A DNA stretch of 58,664 bases, taken from a virus. Positions 1 through 8,684 of this stretch are shown in pieces. The position numbers and the translations under genes are program-made. Numbering within the stretch: the first letter of the stretch is position 1; every line of letters begins with the position of its first letter. Below the pieces are notes generated by a model that ran no database searches, was not told the origin of the DNA, and saw only the letters and a list, made by a program, of their open reading frames with translations. Location: positions 1 through 58,664 of the IMG/VR virus record IMGVR_UViG_3300037470_000304; one strand, 5' to 3'.

Positions 1-127
1 GATCGAGCACGTTCTTGGTGGGATCGATCGGCGCCATGGGACTTGCCGCCACGGGCGGTGGCGCTGTCATTTCTTCGTTGCCGCCATCCGACATTTCCTC
101 AGCCTTTCACGCAGTTGCAGATGCTGG
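1..127. repeat. Terminal overlap copy 1 (identical to 58538-58664)
   Basis: Direct reading: gatcgagcacgttcttggtgg...gcagatgctgg occurs at both ends. Confidence 0.95.
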
Positions 128-291
128 CGAGCAAGCTCGGCGATGGCCGTGCCTTTGGGCTGGCGCTCAAGCTCGTCGGCTAGACGGCGCTGATAGGCAA
201 GGGGCCATTCCCGGAGTGGCGGGCAGACGACGATCGGCGGCGGGACAGCCATCTGGCATTCGAAGATGATGAGGAAGCCCCAGCAGATCAT
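67..291 (-). CDS. Small protein, possible o-spanin-type lipoprotein
   Basis: 4-nt ATGA overlap with 288..530. Hydrophobic start, then PPPIVVCPPL (Cys followed by a Pro-rich stretch). The lipobox is non-canonical. Confidence 0.25.
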   Translation of the reverse strand: MICWGFLIIFECQMAVPPPIVVCPPLREWPLAYQRRLADELERQPKGTAIAELARQHLQLRERLRKCRMAATKK

Positions 292-530
292 GCGAGCCCA
301 TCCCTCAACCGCCTGATGGCGTCGCCGATCTCAGGCTCAGCCACTTCGCCCATTTCGGCCGCAACCTTCGCGGCGGCGGTTGCCGCTTCCCGCTCAGCCT
401 CGGCGCGGCCCCTTGCGCGCGCGTCCTGGCTTGCCTTCCACGTGGCCAGATATTGCAGGATCATCTGGCCGAAAACCGACACGGCCGCCTCGATGAGCGG
501 CCGCGCCAGCAGGGCAAGGATTGCGCCCAT
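288..530 (-). CDS. Small membrane protein, possible i-spanin
   Basis: N-terminal hydrophobic helix MGAILALLARPLIEAAVSVFGQMIL followed by a charged Ala/Glu/Arg helix. Lies downstream of the endolysin. Confidence 0.4.
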   Translation of the reverse strand: MGAILALLARPLIEAAVSVFGQMILQYLATWKASQDARARGRAEAEREAATAAAKVAAEMGEVAEPEIGDAIRRLRDGLA

Positions 531-1007
531 TTACGGGGTGGGTTCGGCCGGCGTATTGGCCGCGACAGCATCGGCCAGCACCTTGGTCTGGACATCCAGC
601 TTGTCGGCAAGTGCCGCGATCTTGGCCTGATTGGCTGGCGTATCGCGGATTTCCTGCGCGATGCTGGTGAGCAGCGTGATGACCGACTGCACAGCATCGC
701 TGTTTTCAGCGACTTCGGATTCGAGGCGGGCAAAATCGAGAGCCATTTGTTCTAACCTTTTGCTGATGGGAGAAAGCGCCTCTGCAATCCGGTCCAAGCG
801 GCGCAAGATATCGGGACCGGAATTCTGGTGGCCGTGATCGTCTGTTCCATCCATGGCGATCGCGGCGGCGAGGCGTTCAAAAGCGGTGGCAAGTCGCTCC
901 ATCCGCTTAATGACGTGGATCAGCGTCCCGGCGGATTCCTCCACCTGCTTGGCGAGCTGCTCCGTCTTCTTAGCGTCGTGCCGATTGCGGTTGCGCAGCC
1001 ATTCCAT
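531..1007 (-). CDS. Hypothetical coiled-coil protein
   Basis: 158-aa ORF abutting its neighbours, heptad-like charged sequence, no family recognised. Confidence 0.5.
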   Translation of the reverse strand: MEWLRNRNRHDAKKTEQLAKQVEESAGTLIHVIKRMERLATAFERLAAAIAMDGTDDHGHQNSGPDILRRLDRIAEALSPISKRLEQMALDFARLESEVAENSDAVQSVITLLTSIAQEIRDTPANQAKIAALADKLDVQTKVLADAVAANTPAEPTP

Positions 1008-1615
1008 TACGCGGCCCTCCGTGGCGTGGAGATGTCTATCTCTGCCGCCAGTGCGACAAAATTGGGCTTGGCCACATCCGATGCCAAGTCGAGCCGCGAC
1101 CAGATTTTTTCAGCCAATTCGGCAGGTGTGCCAGCGAATTGTTTGACCAATGCGGCGCCGTGCGTTCGCGCATAGGATAATGCCCAGCGTAGCACCGGGT
1201 TCGCGGTGTTGATCTCGATCGTCTTACCTGCCACGGCGCCAGGCGTCTGGTTGATGCCGAAGGCAATAGCCTGTTTAAGCAGTTGCTCCACCCGCATGGT
1301 CATGAACATCGCATTGACCTGGGGTGGCAGCTTGCGGAAACTATATGCGATAAGGGCGCCGAGCCCCACCCAGACATAGCCGAGCAGGCCGGACATGATA
1401 TCGCCGATGGGGATGGTGACCGGCGGCGGCGCGGCCTGGACGATCACCTCGACGGGGACCGGCACGGCGGGTGTGATTGGCGCCGGCGGCGTGGGGGGAA
1501 CTGGTTGCACCTCGCCGGCAGGTTGAGCTTGCACCAGCGCGGCGGTGACGATCCCGGCATTGGTGGGAATCGCGAGCATAAAAAAAGCCGCGAATGCGGC
1601 GGGTAGAAGTCTCAT
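1007..1615 (-). CDS. Membrane protein (signal-like N-terminus, Pro-rich linker, one TM helix); holin candidate
   Basis: MRLLPAAFAAFFMLAIP signal-like start, PVPPTPPAPITPAVPVP linker, TM helix LLGYVWVGLGALIAYSF. Sits next to the endolysin. Confidence 0.4.
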   Translation of the reverse strand: MRLLPAAFAAFFMLAIPTNAGIVTAALVQAQPAGEVQPVPPTPPAPITPAVPVPVEVIVQAAPPPVTIPIGDIMSGLLGYVWVGLGALIAYSFRKLPPQVNAMFMTMRVEQLLKQAIAFGINQTPGAVAGKTIEINTANPVLRWALSYARTHGAALVKQFAGTPAELAEKIWSRLDLASDVAKPNFVALAAEIDISTPRRAA

Positions 1616-1685
1616 GATGTGGTCCTTATGAAAGGCAGGCTTGATTACGTTTCCTTAGCGATCGCCTTATTAAAGGCTGGCGCGA

Positions 1686-2402
1686 CTACAGGCGGGCGGC
1701 CTGGACATGCATCCAATCAAAATTCCGCGCCCGTCCCAGGCTCACCCAGCCCTCATCCGCCCAGATGTCCCAGAAGCGTTTGCAGTCAGGCAACGCCAGG
1801 CGCGCCGTGTCGCGGCCCTGTCTGAGCTGATTTTTGGCCGGATCGAAGTCGATGGCGATCCCCCAGCTATGCATCGACCATGACGATCCGCCGCGCATCT
1901 TGCGGACGTTCAGACACCCGCCGAACAGGTCCACACCGATCAGCTTGCGCGCGGTTTCGTCATAGGCGTCGGCAATGCGGGTGAAGCACCGCAATGCGCT
2001 GTCATGCACCTTTTCATGGACCGAGAATTGCTTGATAGGCTTGCGCAGATCCCAGGCGAGCCGCATCGGATAGGGCAACTTCAGCATGGTCTGGTGCTTG
2101 CCGACCTCGCCGAAGATTTTCGCCACATCCTTCTGGCGTGGCCAATGCGCTTCATGCAGCGTCCGCGCGATTTCCTCATCGGTTTCAGGCGGATCCACAT
2201 CGCGTTCCGGCATATAGGCGGGGAACAGCTCGTTGAGCGTCTTCGGCCCGGCGATGCCATCGTCCGTCACGCCGTGGAGACGCTGGAAACCACGGATCGC
2301 GGCGGTGGTCAGCTTGCCTTTACGGCCGTCCACCTTGCCGGTGTAAAAGCCGAGTTCGGCCAGCCGCCGCTGGATGTCAGAGACGGTCATCGGTTCTCCC
2401 AA
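1686..2402 (-). CDS. Endolysin: peptidoglycan-binding domain plus M15 (VanY-like) zinc peptidase
   Basis: N-terminal LGFYTGKVDG...AIRGFQ (PG_binding_1-like). C-terminal HSWGIAID (H-x6-D) and DWMH zinc ligands. Confidence 0.85.
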   Translation of the reverse strand: MGEPMTVSDIQRRLAELGFYTGKVDGRKGKLTTAAIRGFQRLHGVTDDGIAGPKTLNELFPAYMPERDVDPPETDEEIARTLHEAHWPRQKDVAKIFGEVGKHQTMLKLPYPMRLAWDLRKPIKQFSVHEKVHDSALRCFTRIADAYDETARKLIGVDLFGGCLNVRKMRGGSSWSMHSWGIAIDFDPAKNQLRQGRDTARLALPDCKRFWDIWADEGWVSLGRARNFDWMHVQAARL

Positions 2403-2403
2403 T

Positions 2404-2428
2404 AAAAAACCCCGCCGGAGCGGGGTCA
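2404..2428 (-). terminator. Rho-independent terminator (minus strand)
   Basis: Minus strand reads ccccgc-tccg-gcgggg followed by ttttttatt, immediately upstream of the endolysin RBS. Confidence 0.7.
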
Positions 2429-2448
2429 GATTGAAGATGTGTCGGGGT

Positions 2449-2661
2449 TCAGAATGCCGCAGACTTCATTGGCCGAAAGGCGCGCCAGAACTGCGAAAGA
2501 TCAGCCGCATCGGACCAGACCGAACCGTATTGATCGCGATGCAAGTAACCATCCATCCGGGCGTCCGGCTCATCTCGCCATTCGACGTTTTGGCCACTTT
2601 CCGCAGCGGCGGCAAGGACGATGCTCTTGAGACTCTTAGGCATGTTTTCAAGGCAATTCAT
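2449..2661 (-). CDS. Hypothetical protein
   Basis: 70-aa ORF on the late strand, followed by the terminator. Confidence 0.5.
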   Translation of the reverse strand: MNCLENMPKSLKSIVLAAAAESGQNVEWRDEPDARMDGYLHRDQYGSVWSDAADLSQFWRAFRPMKSAAF

Positions 2662-2670
2662 GTTGACCTC

Positions 2671-2832
2671 TCATTCGCGTTGCGTCTGCTCGCCAAGCAG
2701 CGTCCGCCATTCCTTGAGCCAACGGTCACTCACCGCGGTGCGCTCGGCGTTGCTCAGGAAGCCCACGGCAATATGCAGGGCATCCTCAAGGGCGCGTATA
2801 CGTTCCGGCGCCGGGGTGTCAAGGCTTGCCAT
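2671..2832 (-). CDS. Hypothetical small protein (start trimmed to MASLDTP)
   Basis: The internal ATG at 2832 avoids overlap with 2837..3067. The track ORF extends to 2889. Confidence 0.4.
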   Translation of the reverse strand: MASLDTPAPERIRALEDALHIAVGFLSNAERTAVSDRWLKEWRTLLGEQTQRE

Positions 2833-2836
2833 ATGG

Positions 2837-3067
2837 CTATGCCCCACGCGCGCTGAGCAACTGGTCCAGCACGCCGAAATTGCTGTCAAGCTCCTCGGTA
2901 AGATAGGCGCGGGCGGCGGCGAAGCGCTCGCCTTCCACGGTCTGTTGCAACAGCGTGATGATCGAGCCCAGGTTGTTCATCGCGGTCTCGATCTGGAGCG
3001 CCGTGAAAACGCTGTTGTCGTCCTTGGGCTGGCCGGGGAACGGGATGACGGTCGGTTCGCGCATCAT
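2837..3067 (-). CDS. Hypothetical protein
   Basis: 76-aa ORF on the late strand, closely spaced with its neighbours. Confidence 0.5.
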   Translation of the reverse strand: MMREPTVIPFPGQPKDDNSVFTALQIETAMNNLGSIITLLQQTVEGERFAAARAYLTEELDSNFGVLDQLLSARGA

Positions 3068-3073
3068 GACCTC

Positions 3074-3292
3074 CTACAGGAACAGGCTGAGGCGGGACAA
3101 ATCGCCACTGAGCCGCTTGATCATGAAATGCAGCGAGTTGACCGCCTCGCTTTCGACGGTGGTCGCGCCGACCTTGCGGGTGCGCAGCAGTTCGACCTGC
3201 TCGCGCATCTCATTGACCGTGCCCTTGATATGGGCAAGACGGTCGCGGGGATTGTTGGCGAGCACGGGAAGCATTAATGATGGCGTAGCCAT
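3074..3292 (-). CDS. Hypothetical protein
   Basis: 72-aa ORF on the late strand. Confidence 0.5.
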   Translation of the reverse strand: MATPSLMLPVLANNPRDRLAHIKGTVNEMREQVELLRTRKVGATTVESEAVNSLHFMIKRLSGDLSRLSLFL

Positions 3293-3387
3293 TGTGACCT
3301 GTCCTGTAGGTTGCTGTGGTTAGGCTTGGCGGGGAGTTCGCACCTCCCTGTCAGGCCGGTATATGCACCATAGCAATGATATATCGC

Positions 3388-3430
3388 ATGTCAACGGCTA
3401 TCTTGACATTTTCGGTATGCCGCGTATCGT
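3388..3430 (+). promoter_or_regulatory. Sigma70-like promoter with palindromic operator
   Basis: TTGACA (3403-3408), 16 nt, TATCGT (3425-3430). The inverted repeat ATGTCAA-N8-TTGACAT (3388-3409) overlaps the -35. Confidence 0.45.
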
Positions 3431-3437
3431 CCGCCTC

Positions 3438-3650
3438 ATGGCTATCAAACCGAAACGAATTCTGATCGAACTTCCGCCCGAGCTTTTTCGCGCGATTGAG
3501 GACTATCGCTATAGCCAGCGTGTCCCAACGCGCGTCGAAGCCATCCGCCAACTCATCGAACGGGGATTGCACACCACAATCGATGATGACACGCCCGGCG
3601 AGAACTACGATCCAGGCCCTGCCCCCAAGGCGAAGGAGAAAACCACGTGA
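3438..3650 (+). CDS. Ribbon-helix-helix (CopG/Arc-like) DNA-binding protein
   Basis: MAIKPKRILIELPPELFRAIEDYRYSQRVPTRVEAIRQLIERGL has a beta-alpha-alpha pattern. The ATG lies 8 nt after the -10. The track ORF begins at 3363. Confidence 0.6.
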   Translation: MAIKPKRILIELPPELFRAIEDYRYSQRVPTRVEAIRQLIERGLHTTIDDDTPGENYDPGPAPKAKEKTT

Positions 3651-3841
3651 ACTTCTTCGTCTGGTATAGCCTCTCGAAATACGATCCGCTTGAACTGACG
3701 GAATTCTCCTGCGAGAAGGACGCGCTCGACTTCATAAACCGCCATGCTGGCAATCTCGACGCGACATTCCATGTCGTGCGCGGGCAGCGTATCGGTTTGG
3801 TGCCGGTCGCCATCGTTCGGGAATATCGGCTCAACACCTAA
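3647..3841 (+). CDS. Hypothetical 64-aa protein, translationally coupled to the RHH gene
   Basis: GTGA start/stop overlap. AT-richer than the flanks. No family recognised. Confidence 0.5.
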   Translation: MNFFVWYSLSKYDPLELTEFSCEKDALDFINRHAGNLDATFHVVRGQRIGLVPVAIVREYRLNT

Positions 3842-3891
3842 CCCACCCTCACGATGACGCGGCCCGCGCCGCCAGCGCCGGATACCCCGTG

Positions 3892-5142
3892 CTATGCATA
3901 GCCGTAGACGGCGTAGCTTCCCGTGATATTTCCGCTGGACATGAAAAACGTGACAGCGTCGACATCCGCCGCAGTGCGGCGCGTTCCCGCGCCATCAGCA
4001 CCAACCGTCGCGGTTGTAGCATTGTCATTCATCCACGACACATTGTGCCGAAACTTGGTGAACAGGGCCGCCGATGTGTGGCCGATGACTTCCACCCACC
4101 CCGTTAGCCCTTCTGACGATGCATTGCCTATGCCGTCTTCGGTCAGGGATATTTGCGTGTCTCCAGTGCTGTTGCCCTGGTTTGTGCCGACTGACGCAAA
4201 TTGCTCGAACAACGTCCAATCATAGTTGCCGGCGGCGCTGTCGTAGGACGACCCGCCATTGGTCGACGACCGCATCAGCAAATTGACGCCATCGGTCGCG
4301 GGCAATACGCCGCTCAGCAGGATTTTCAGCATGCGATAGGCGCTCATGCCGGTGAGCAATACAGGCATCGTAGCGGCGTTCGAAACGCTTCCGGACGACA
4401 GCAACGCGACGCCGAGTGAGGGGAGTAGCGATGTTCCAGCGCTGGAAGCGCACGCGGTTAGATCAATGTTGACGCCGCGAAAGCTGCCGCCTGCTTCGAA
4501 AATGCGTACCAGGTTGCCTGCAACGTCAAACACAACATCGCCGCCAAGCGAGTGGCCCGACGAAGGCGCCTGCAAGTACATTTCGCCACCTTCGTCGCCG
4601 CCCGCTCGGTTCACAAAAAAGTTAGCTGGGACGACCAGCGGCACGCCAGACAAGGTAAGCGCCCCGCCACCAGCATCAAGGCGGGCGGCAAAGTCTGACG
4701 TGTCCCCGTCGCTGGTGTGGAAGTCGATATAACGGCCGACTTCCATCACGCCATCAGCCGCGACCGGCGCGATCACCCCCCAACGGTCCCCCGACGCCGT
4801 CATCGGAAAACCCGTCACCGACGTCGCCGTGCTGTTCAGCTCCAGCACCTGGAAATTCGTACCGTCATAGCTCAGCGTATAGATGCCGCCGGAGACAATA
4901 TCGCCCGACGCCAGATTGGTGGCGCCGCCGTATTTCTTCAGCGTGGCGGCGCCAATGCCGTTGATGTTGACCGTGGACGATCCAGAGCAGGTGAAGTTGG
5001 CCTTGAACCGGATCGGGTCCATGCCCTGGATGTAGCCGGTGAGGCTCGCCGCCGTGGCGATCACATAGGCGTTCGCCGAGCCGGTCGAGGTGATCTGCCC
5101 GGAGGAATCCCAGAGATGGTTGGACTGGTCGCGGGGGGCCAT
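3892..5142 (-). CDS. Tail fibre-like protein A
   Basis: Shares INxNxxGAxxxKK..G...L..GDI..GG.Y.L.YDGTNFQ with the adjacent ORF. Gly/Ser/Thr-rich beta-type sequence at the distal end of the tail module. Confidence 0.6.
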   Translation of the reverse strand: MAPRDQSNHLWDSSGQITSTGSANAYVIATAASLTGYIQGMDPIRFKANFTCSGSSTVNINGIGAATLKKYGGATNLASGDIVSGGIYTLSYDGTNFQVLELNSTATSVTGFPMTASGDRWGVIAPVAADGVMEVGRYIDFHTSDGDTSDFAARLDAGGGALTLSGVPLVVPANFFVNRAGGDEGGEMYLQAPSSGHSLGGDVVFDVAGNLVRIFEAGGSFRGVNIDLTACASSAGTSLLPSLGVALLSSGSVSNAATMPVLLTGMSAYRMLKILLSGVLPATDGVNLLMRSSTNGGSSYDSAAGNYDWTLFEQFASVGTNQGNSTGDTQISLTEDGIGNASSEGLTGWVEVIGHTSAALFTKFRHNVSWMNDNATTATVGADGAGTRRTAADVDAVTFFMSSGNITGSYAVYGYA

Positions 5143-6395
5143 CAGGCGGCGTAGATTTCAACGCGGGTGTAGACCTCGGTGCCAAAGCTGGCCGCCAGGC
5201 CAAAACCGTTCGTGCCTACGGTTGTCGCGCATCTATGACGTATTTCATAGACATTGCTGCCTGCTGGCGTGACGCGAACCGATCCGTCACTGAATGTGAC
5301 AGGGGGATTTGAAGGCGTCCCCGCAACGCTCGCGCCTCGGCCGTTTGTGACTTCCGCCCCGGCGGTAATGTCATACAAAAATGATTGGTGTTCATTGACC
5401 ATATGGGCCGGCGCGCTCCATTTGATCAACCAGCTTCCTGCCGCGATCGTGATCTGGTTCGATGCGATAGACACAACTGAGTTTCGGCTGTAGACCAGCG
5501 TGTTCAGATCCCGCGTGCGGTCCGCGCCTGATGTGAACGTGCCGCCATCCGTGCCGGATGCCTTGTTGTCCTCGATGATGGCTACCAGCGCGCCGGGGAA
5601 CACAGCATCCGTCAGGATCGCGCCAAGGTTCGTGCGGGCCGCCGTCGCCGTCGAGGCGCCCGTGCCTCCATCGGCAAGCGCAATATCGGTAATCCCGGTA
5701 ATGCTGCCGCCCGTGATGGCGACGGCGCTCGCCGCCTGTGTGGCCATTGTGCCAAGGCCAAGCGTGCCGCGCGCCGTCGACGCATCGGCATCATCCAGGA
5801 CCGTGGCCATGAACGCCGAGATGTTCTGACCGAGTCCGGGATTTTCAAGCTGGAAATTGGTGCCGTCATAGATCAGCGAATAAGCGCCACCAGTTGTGAT
5901 ATCGCCGGCCCCCAGAGCGGTGGAACCAGCCGCGCCCTTCTTAATCGCTCCCGCGCCGACGCTGTTGAAGTTGATCGTCGCCGCGCCGGTATTGGTCCCG
6001 CCCGCCTTGAAGTGATAGCGCTGCCCCGCGACATAGTCCGTGATCGCCGGGCTGAGCGTCGCGGTGATGGTATCCGTGCCCGCCGAGGTGCCGGCAAAGA
6101 CATGCACCGAGTCCTGCACCTTATCGACGCGCTGGGCATTGGTGCGGGCGGTTGGCGCGCCGTAATTGGTGATGAGCTGGGCATTCCAGTCGATCGCGGC
6201 GCTGGGGCTGTTGCCGCCATCTTTCTTGATGCACGCCTCGATGCCATCGGCCAGGTCTTCGTCGTGGGTATCGTGCGACGCCGACAGGATAGCGACAGCG
6301 GCGGCGTCGGCTTCCTGCCAGGTCTCGGGGCCGGTGCGCGTGCCGTCCGTGCGCACAAACGTCTGGCTCGGCGGTGAGCCGGTCCATGGACACAT
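5142..6395 (-). CDS. Tail fibre-like protein B
   Basis: Same shared motif (TINFNSVGAGAIKKGAAGSTALGAGDITTGGAYSLIYDGTNFQ). 1-nt overlap with fibre A. Confidence 0.6.
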   Translation of the reverse strand: MCPWTGSPPSQTFVRTDGTRTGPETWQEADAAAVAILSASHDTHDEDLADGIEACIKKDGGNSPSAAIDWNAQLITNYGAPTARTNAQRVDKVQDSVHVFAGTSAGTDTITATLSPAITDYVAGQRYHFKAGGTNTGAATINFNSVGAGAIKKGAAGSTALGAGDITTGGAYSLIYDGTNFQLENPGLGQNISAFMATVLDDADASTARGTLGLGTMATQAASAVAITGGSITGITDIALADGGTGASTATAARTNLGAILTDAVFPGALVAIIEDNKASGTDGGTFTSGADRTRDLNTLVYSRNSVVSIASNQITIAAGSWLIKWSAPAHMVNEHQSFLYDITAGAEVTNGRGASVAGTPSNPPVTFSDGSVRVTPAGSNVYEIRHRCATTVGTNGFGLAASFGTEVYTRVEIYAA

Positions 6396-6419
6396 ATCGG
6401 GATTCCTATGATGGGGAGG

Positions 6420-8093
6420 TTAGCGAACGGCCTGATTCAGCCAGGACGCGATCTGCTCGGGTGTGGCCCCGGTTTGCTGCATGCGCTGCAAGCGGCCCAT
6501 GATCGCGGGTGCGTAGGGCGATGCGCCGCTCGGGTCGGGCGCTGGGATGCCTTCGGGGATTTGCAACGCCGAGGCGGACGCCATCGGCATGGCAGCGGCC
6601 TGCTCGGCTTGTGCCCTGGCGAGCATCGCGGGATCGGAGCGGTCGCCGGGCGGCGGGACTTGCGCCATCTGGTAGGCATCTTCCACCGCGCCGCCACGCA
6701 AGGCGGCAGGCAGATTGCGCGCCAGCATGTTGCGGCCCTGGGCCATCTCCTCGGGGCTGTAATCGGTCATGGCGTCGGCGGACACAGGCGCCATGGCCTC
6801 GCCGGTCATGCCGATCGCCCCGCGCGCGGCCGGGCCTAGCGCCTGGGCCAGCCTGGAAACGCCGTAGGCACCGCCGCCGGCAATCCCGGCATTGGTCAGC
6901 GCTTCGGACTGCCCCCCCGATGGCGCGCCGGTTCCCGCCTCCGCGCGGTCCGGGGTCAGCGCATAGGCCAGCCCGCCGGCGAGCGCCGCCGCGCCGGTGC
7001 CGCTCGGCGGCTTGGGCAGGCGCTTGGGCACGGTGCGCTTGCCGCCATGCTCGGCCATGGCTTCGGCGAGCTTTTCCGCCAATTCGCCCTTGGAGAGTTT
7101 GGAGACGCCCTTGAGGCCGAGGTCTTTGGCTTGCGCCGCCATATAGGCTTTCGTGCCAGGCGCGGCAATCGCCTTGGCGGGGGCTTCGAGTTCGGCGCGC
7201 GGGGGGGTGATGTCCGTGGGCGTGACATCGATGACATCACCACGCAGCGCCTGCGCGAGCGCACCTGGAGCGCCGTTGCGGCGAAGCTGGTTGGAGTTGA
7301 TGACGGCAATCGCCTGGGCGTCGGGCGCTACGCCGGGGGCGGCTCCATAGCGCAACCCCTGCTTGGCAAGCCCCGCGCCCGTGCCGATATAGGCCAGGCC
7401 GGCGGCGCGGTCCGCCATCTGGGGGTAGAATTCGCCATTGGGATCACTCTCGCTGAGAACCTGCCCGCCCTTGGCCAATGACAGCGCGCCAAGGCCGAGA
7501 TGTGGAGCCATCCGCGAGCCAACCCTCAACGCCGAATTGCTGTACGGCATCGCCCCCGCCAGCCTCGCGCCGGTGCGCGCGCCTTCGACAGTCGTTCGGC
7601 CCGCCATCCGGTCATCCGCCGCCCCGCGCAGAACCGTGTTCCGGCTCTCTTGCGCGGCATCCATGCCTTTGTTGACGCCAGCGCCAAGCGCCATGCCAAG
7701 GGCCGTGCCGGCCGCCGGAGCTGCTAGATTGGCCGCACTCTGCGTCGCCATGCCGAGCCCGGACGCGGCATCGGCGTCATAGCGTTGCCGGCGCTGCGTT
7801 TCGATAGCTTTCGCCGCAGCTTCGGCATCGCCTGTCGCCTTGCCGGTCTGCGCCTGGATGCGCGCGACCTCGATCTCCTGCGCGCGCAGATCGTCGGCAC
7901 GCCTGCGCTCGCCGGCAGCTTCGGCCGCTTTACTCTCTTCGCGCGCGCGGCCCGCTTCCAACTCAAATGCGGCCTTGGTGCCCGCGCCCCATTTGCCGTC
8001 CGTATCGCCATTATACAGGCCCAATTCAAGTAGCCGTTTTTGTGCTATCTTGCGCTGTTCGAGTGGCAGGCTATTGAATTGCTGTTCATTCAT
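6420..8093 (-). CDS. Virion/ejection-type protein with N-terminal peptidoglycan-binding-like motif
   Basis: LLELGLYNGDTDGKWGAGTKAAF at the N-terminus, followed by a long Ala/Gly-rich low-complexity body. Confidence 0.5.
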   Translation of the reverse strand: MNEQQFNSLPLEQRKIAQKRLLELGLYNGDTDGKWGAGTKAAFELEAGRAREESKAAEAAGERRRADDLRAQEIEVARIQAQTGKATGDAEAAAKAIETQRRQRYDADAASGLGMATQSAANLAAPAAGTALGMALGAGVNKGMDAAQESRNTVLRGAADDRMAGRTTVEGARTGARLAGAMPYSNSALRVGSRMAPHLGLGALSLAKGGQVLSESDPNGEFYPQMADRAAGLAYIGTGAGLAKQGLRYGAAPGVAPDAQAIAVINSNQLRRNGAPGALAQALRGDVIDVTPTDITPPRAELEAPAKAIAAPGTKAYMAAQAKDLGLKGVSKLSKGELAEKLAEAMAEHGGKRTVPKRLPKPPSGTGAAALAGGLAYALTPDRAEAGTGAPSGGQSEALTNAGIAGGGAYGVSRLAQALGPAARGAIGMTGEAMAPVSADAMTDYSPEEMAQGRNMLARNLPAALRGGAVEDAYQMAQVPPPGDRSDPAMLARAQAEQAAAMPMASASALQIPEGIPAPDPSGASPYAPAIMGRLQRMQQTGATPEQIASWLNQAVR

Positions 8094-8107
8094 GAGAGGT
8101 CACACCC

Positions 8108-8314
8108 ATGGCGACTATGGCGAAAGAGATCGTTTACGAGGAGACGGCTTCGGGCGATTACGCCCCCGCGCCGACACGCGCGCAAAAACGGGCGGCGAAA
8201 CGGGCAGCGGAGCTGAGAAGGCAGACGCGCGACGAATGGTCAGTCATGATCGGCGCTGTTCTGCTGTGCGTGTTGCTCACGGGTGTCAGTATACTGCCGT
8301 ATGTCCGGTGGTAG
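8108..8314 (+). CDS. Small membrane protein (opposite-strand moron)
   Basis: RBS gagagg upstream. C-terminal TM helix VMIGAVLLCVLLTGVSILPYV. Confidence 0.5.
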   Translation: MATMAKEIVYEETASGDYAPAPTRAQKRAAKRAAELRRQTRDEWSVMIGAVLLCVLLTGVSILPYVRW

Positions 8315-8318
8315 GCCG

Positions 8319-8684
8319 ATGAGCGAACACGAACCCATCGACCTTGTTGAAACCGCCCCCGGCGAATGGCGGTTCGTAAGATTGCTGCGCCTTGCCGCTG
8401 GCCGCCATTTCAAGGCGGACGCCGAAGCGCGGCGAGAGCGGTTCTTCGACGCGCTGGCAGGCGACGCCATCAAGCCCAAACCGGATCACTGGTGGACCGG
8501 CGGCGTTGCGATACTACTGCTCGTCATCATGGGCTGCGCTGTCGTCGCATTCCTGGGGAAGCCGCATCTGCTGCCCGTGATCCCCGCCATCGTTGGCGTG
8601 TTCATTTTCCTGACCATCATCCTGCCTGAACTCTGTTCGGGAAGCACCCTGGCGCAAGCGCTTCGCTCACTATGGCGCCCGTGA
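8319..8684 (+). CDS. Membrane protein with two predicted TM helices (moron)
   Basis: WWTGGVAILLLVIMGCAVVAFLG and LLPVIPAIVGVFIFLTIILP. Start chosen at MSEHEP; the track ORF starts at 8283. Confidence 0.5.
   Translation: MSEHEPIDLVETAPGEWRFVRLLRLAAGRHFKADAEARRERFFDALAGDAIKPKPDHWWTGGVAILLLVIMGCAVVAFLGKPHLLPVIPAIVGVFIFLTIILPELCSGSTLAQALRSLWRP

Noticed and set aside
1-127. Direct terminal repeats of a linear phage genome.
   Set aside because: The repeat is exactly 127 nt (a common assembler k), and an ORF runs straight through it. An assembly closure artefact is more parsimonious, though read-level termini analysis is needed.
3892-6395. Possible diversity-generating retroelement targeting the duplicated fibre genes.
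   Set aside because: No reverse-transcriptase-like ORF and no template/variable repeat pair with adenine-specific differences were seen anywhere in the window.
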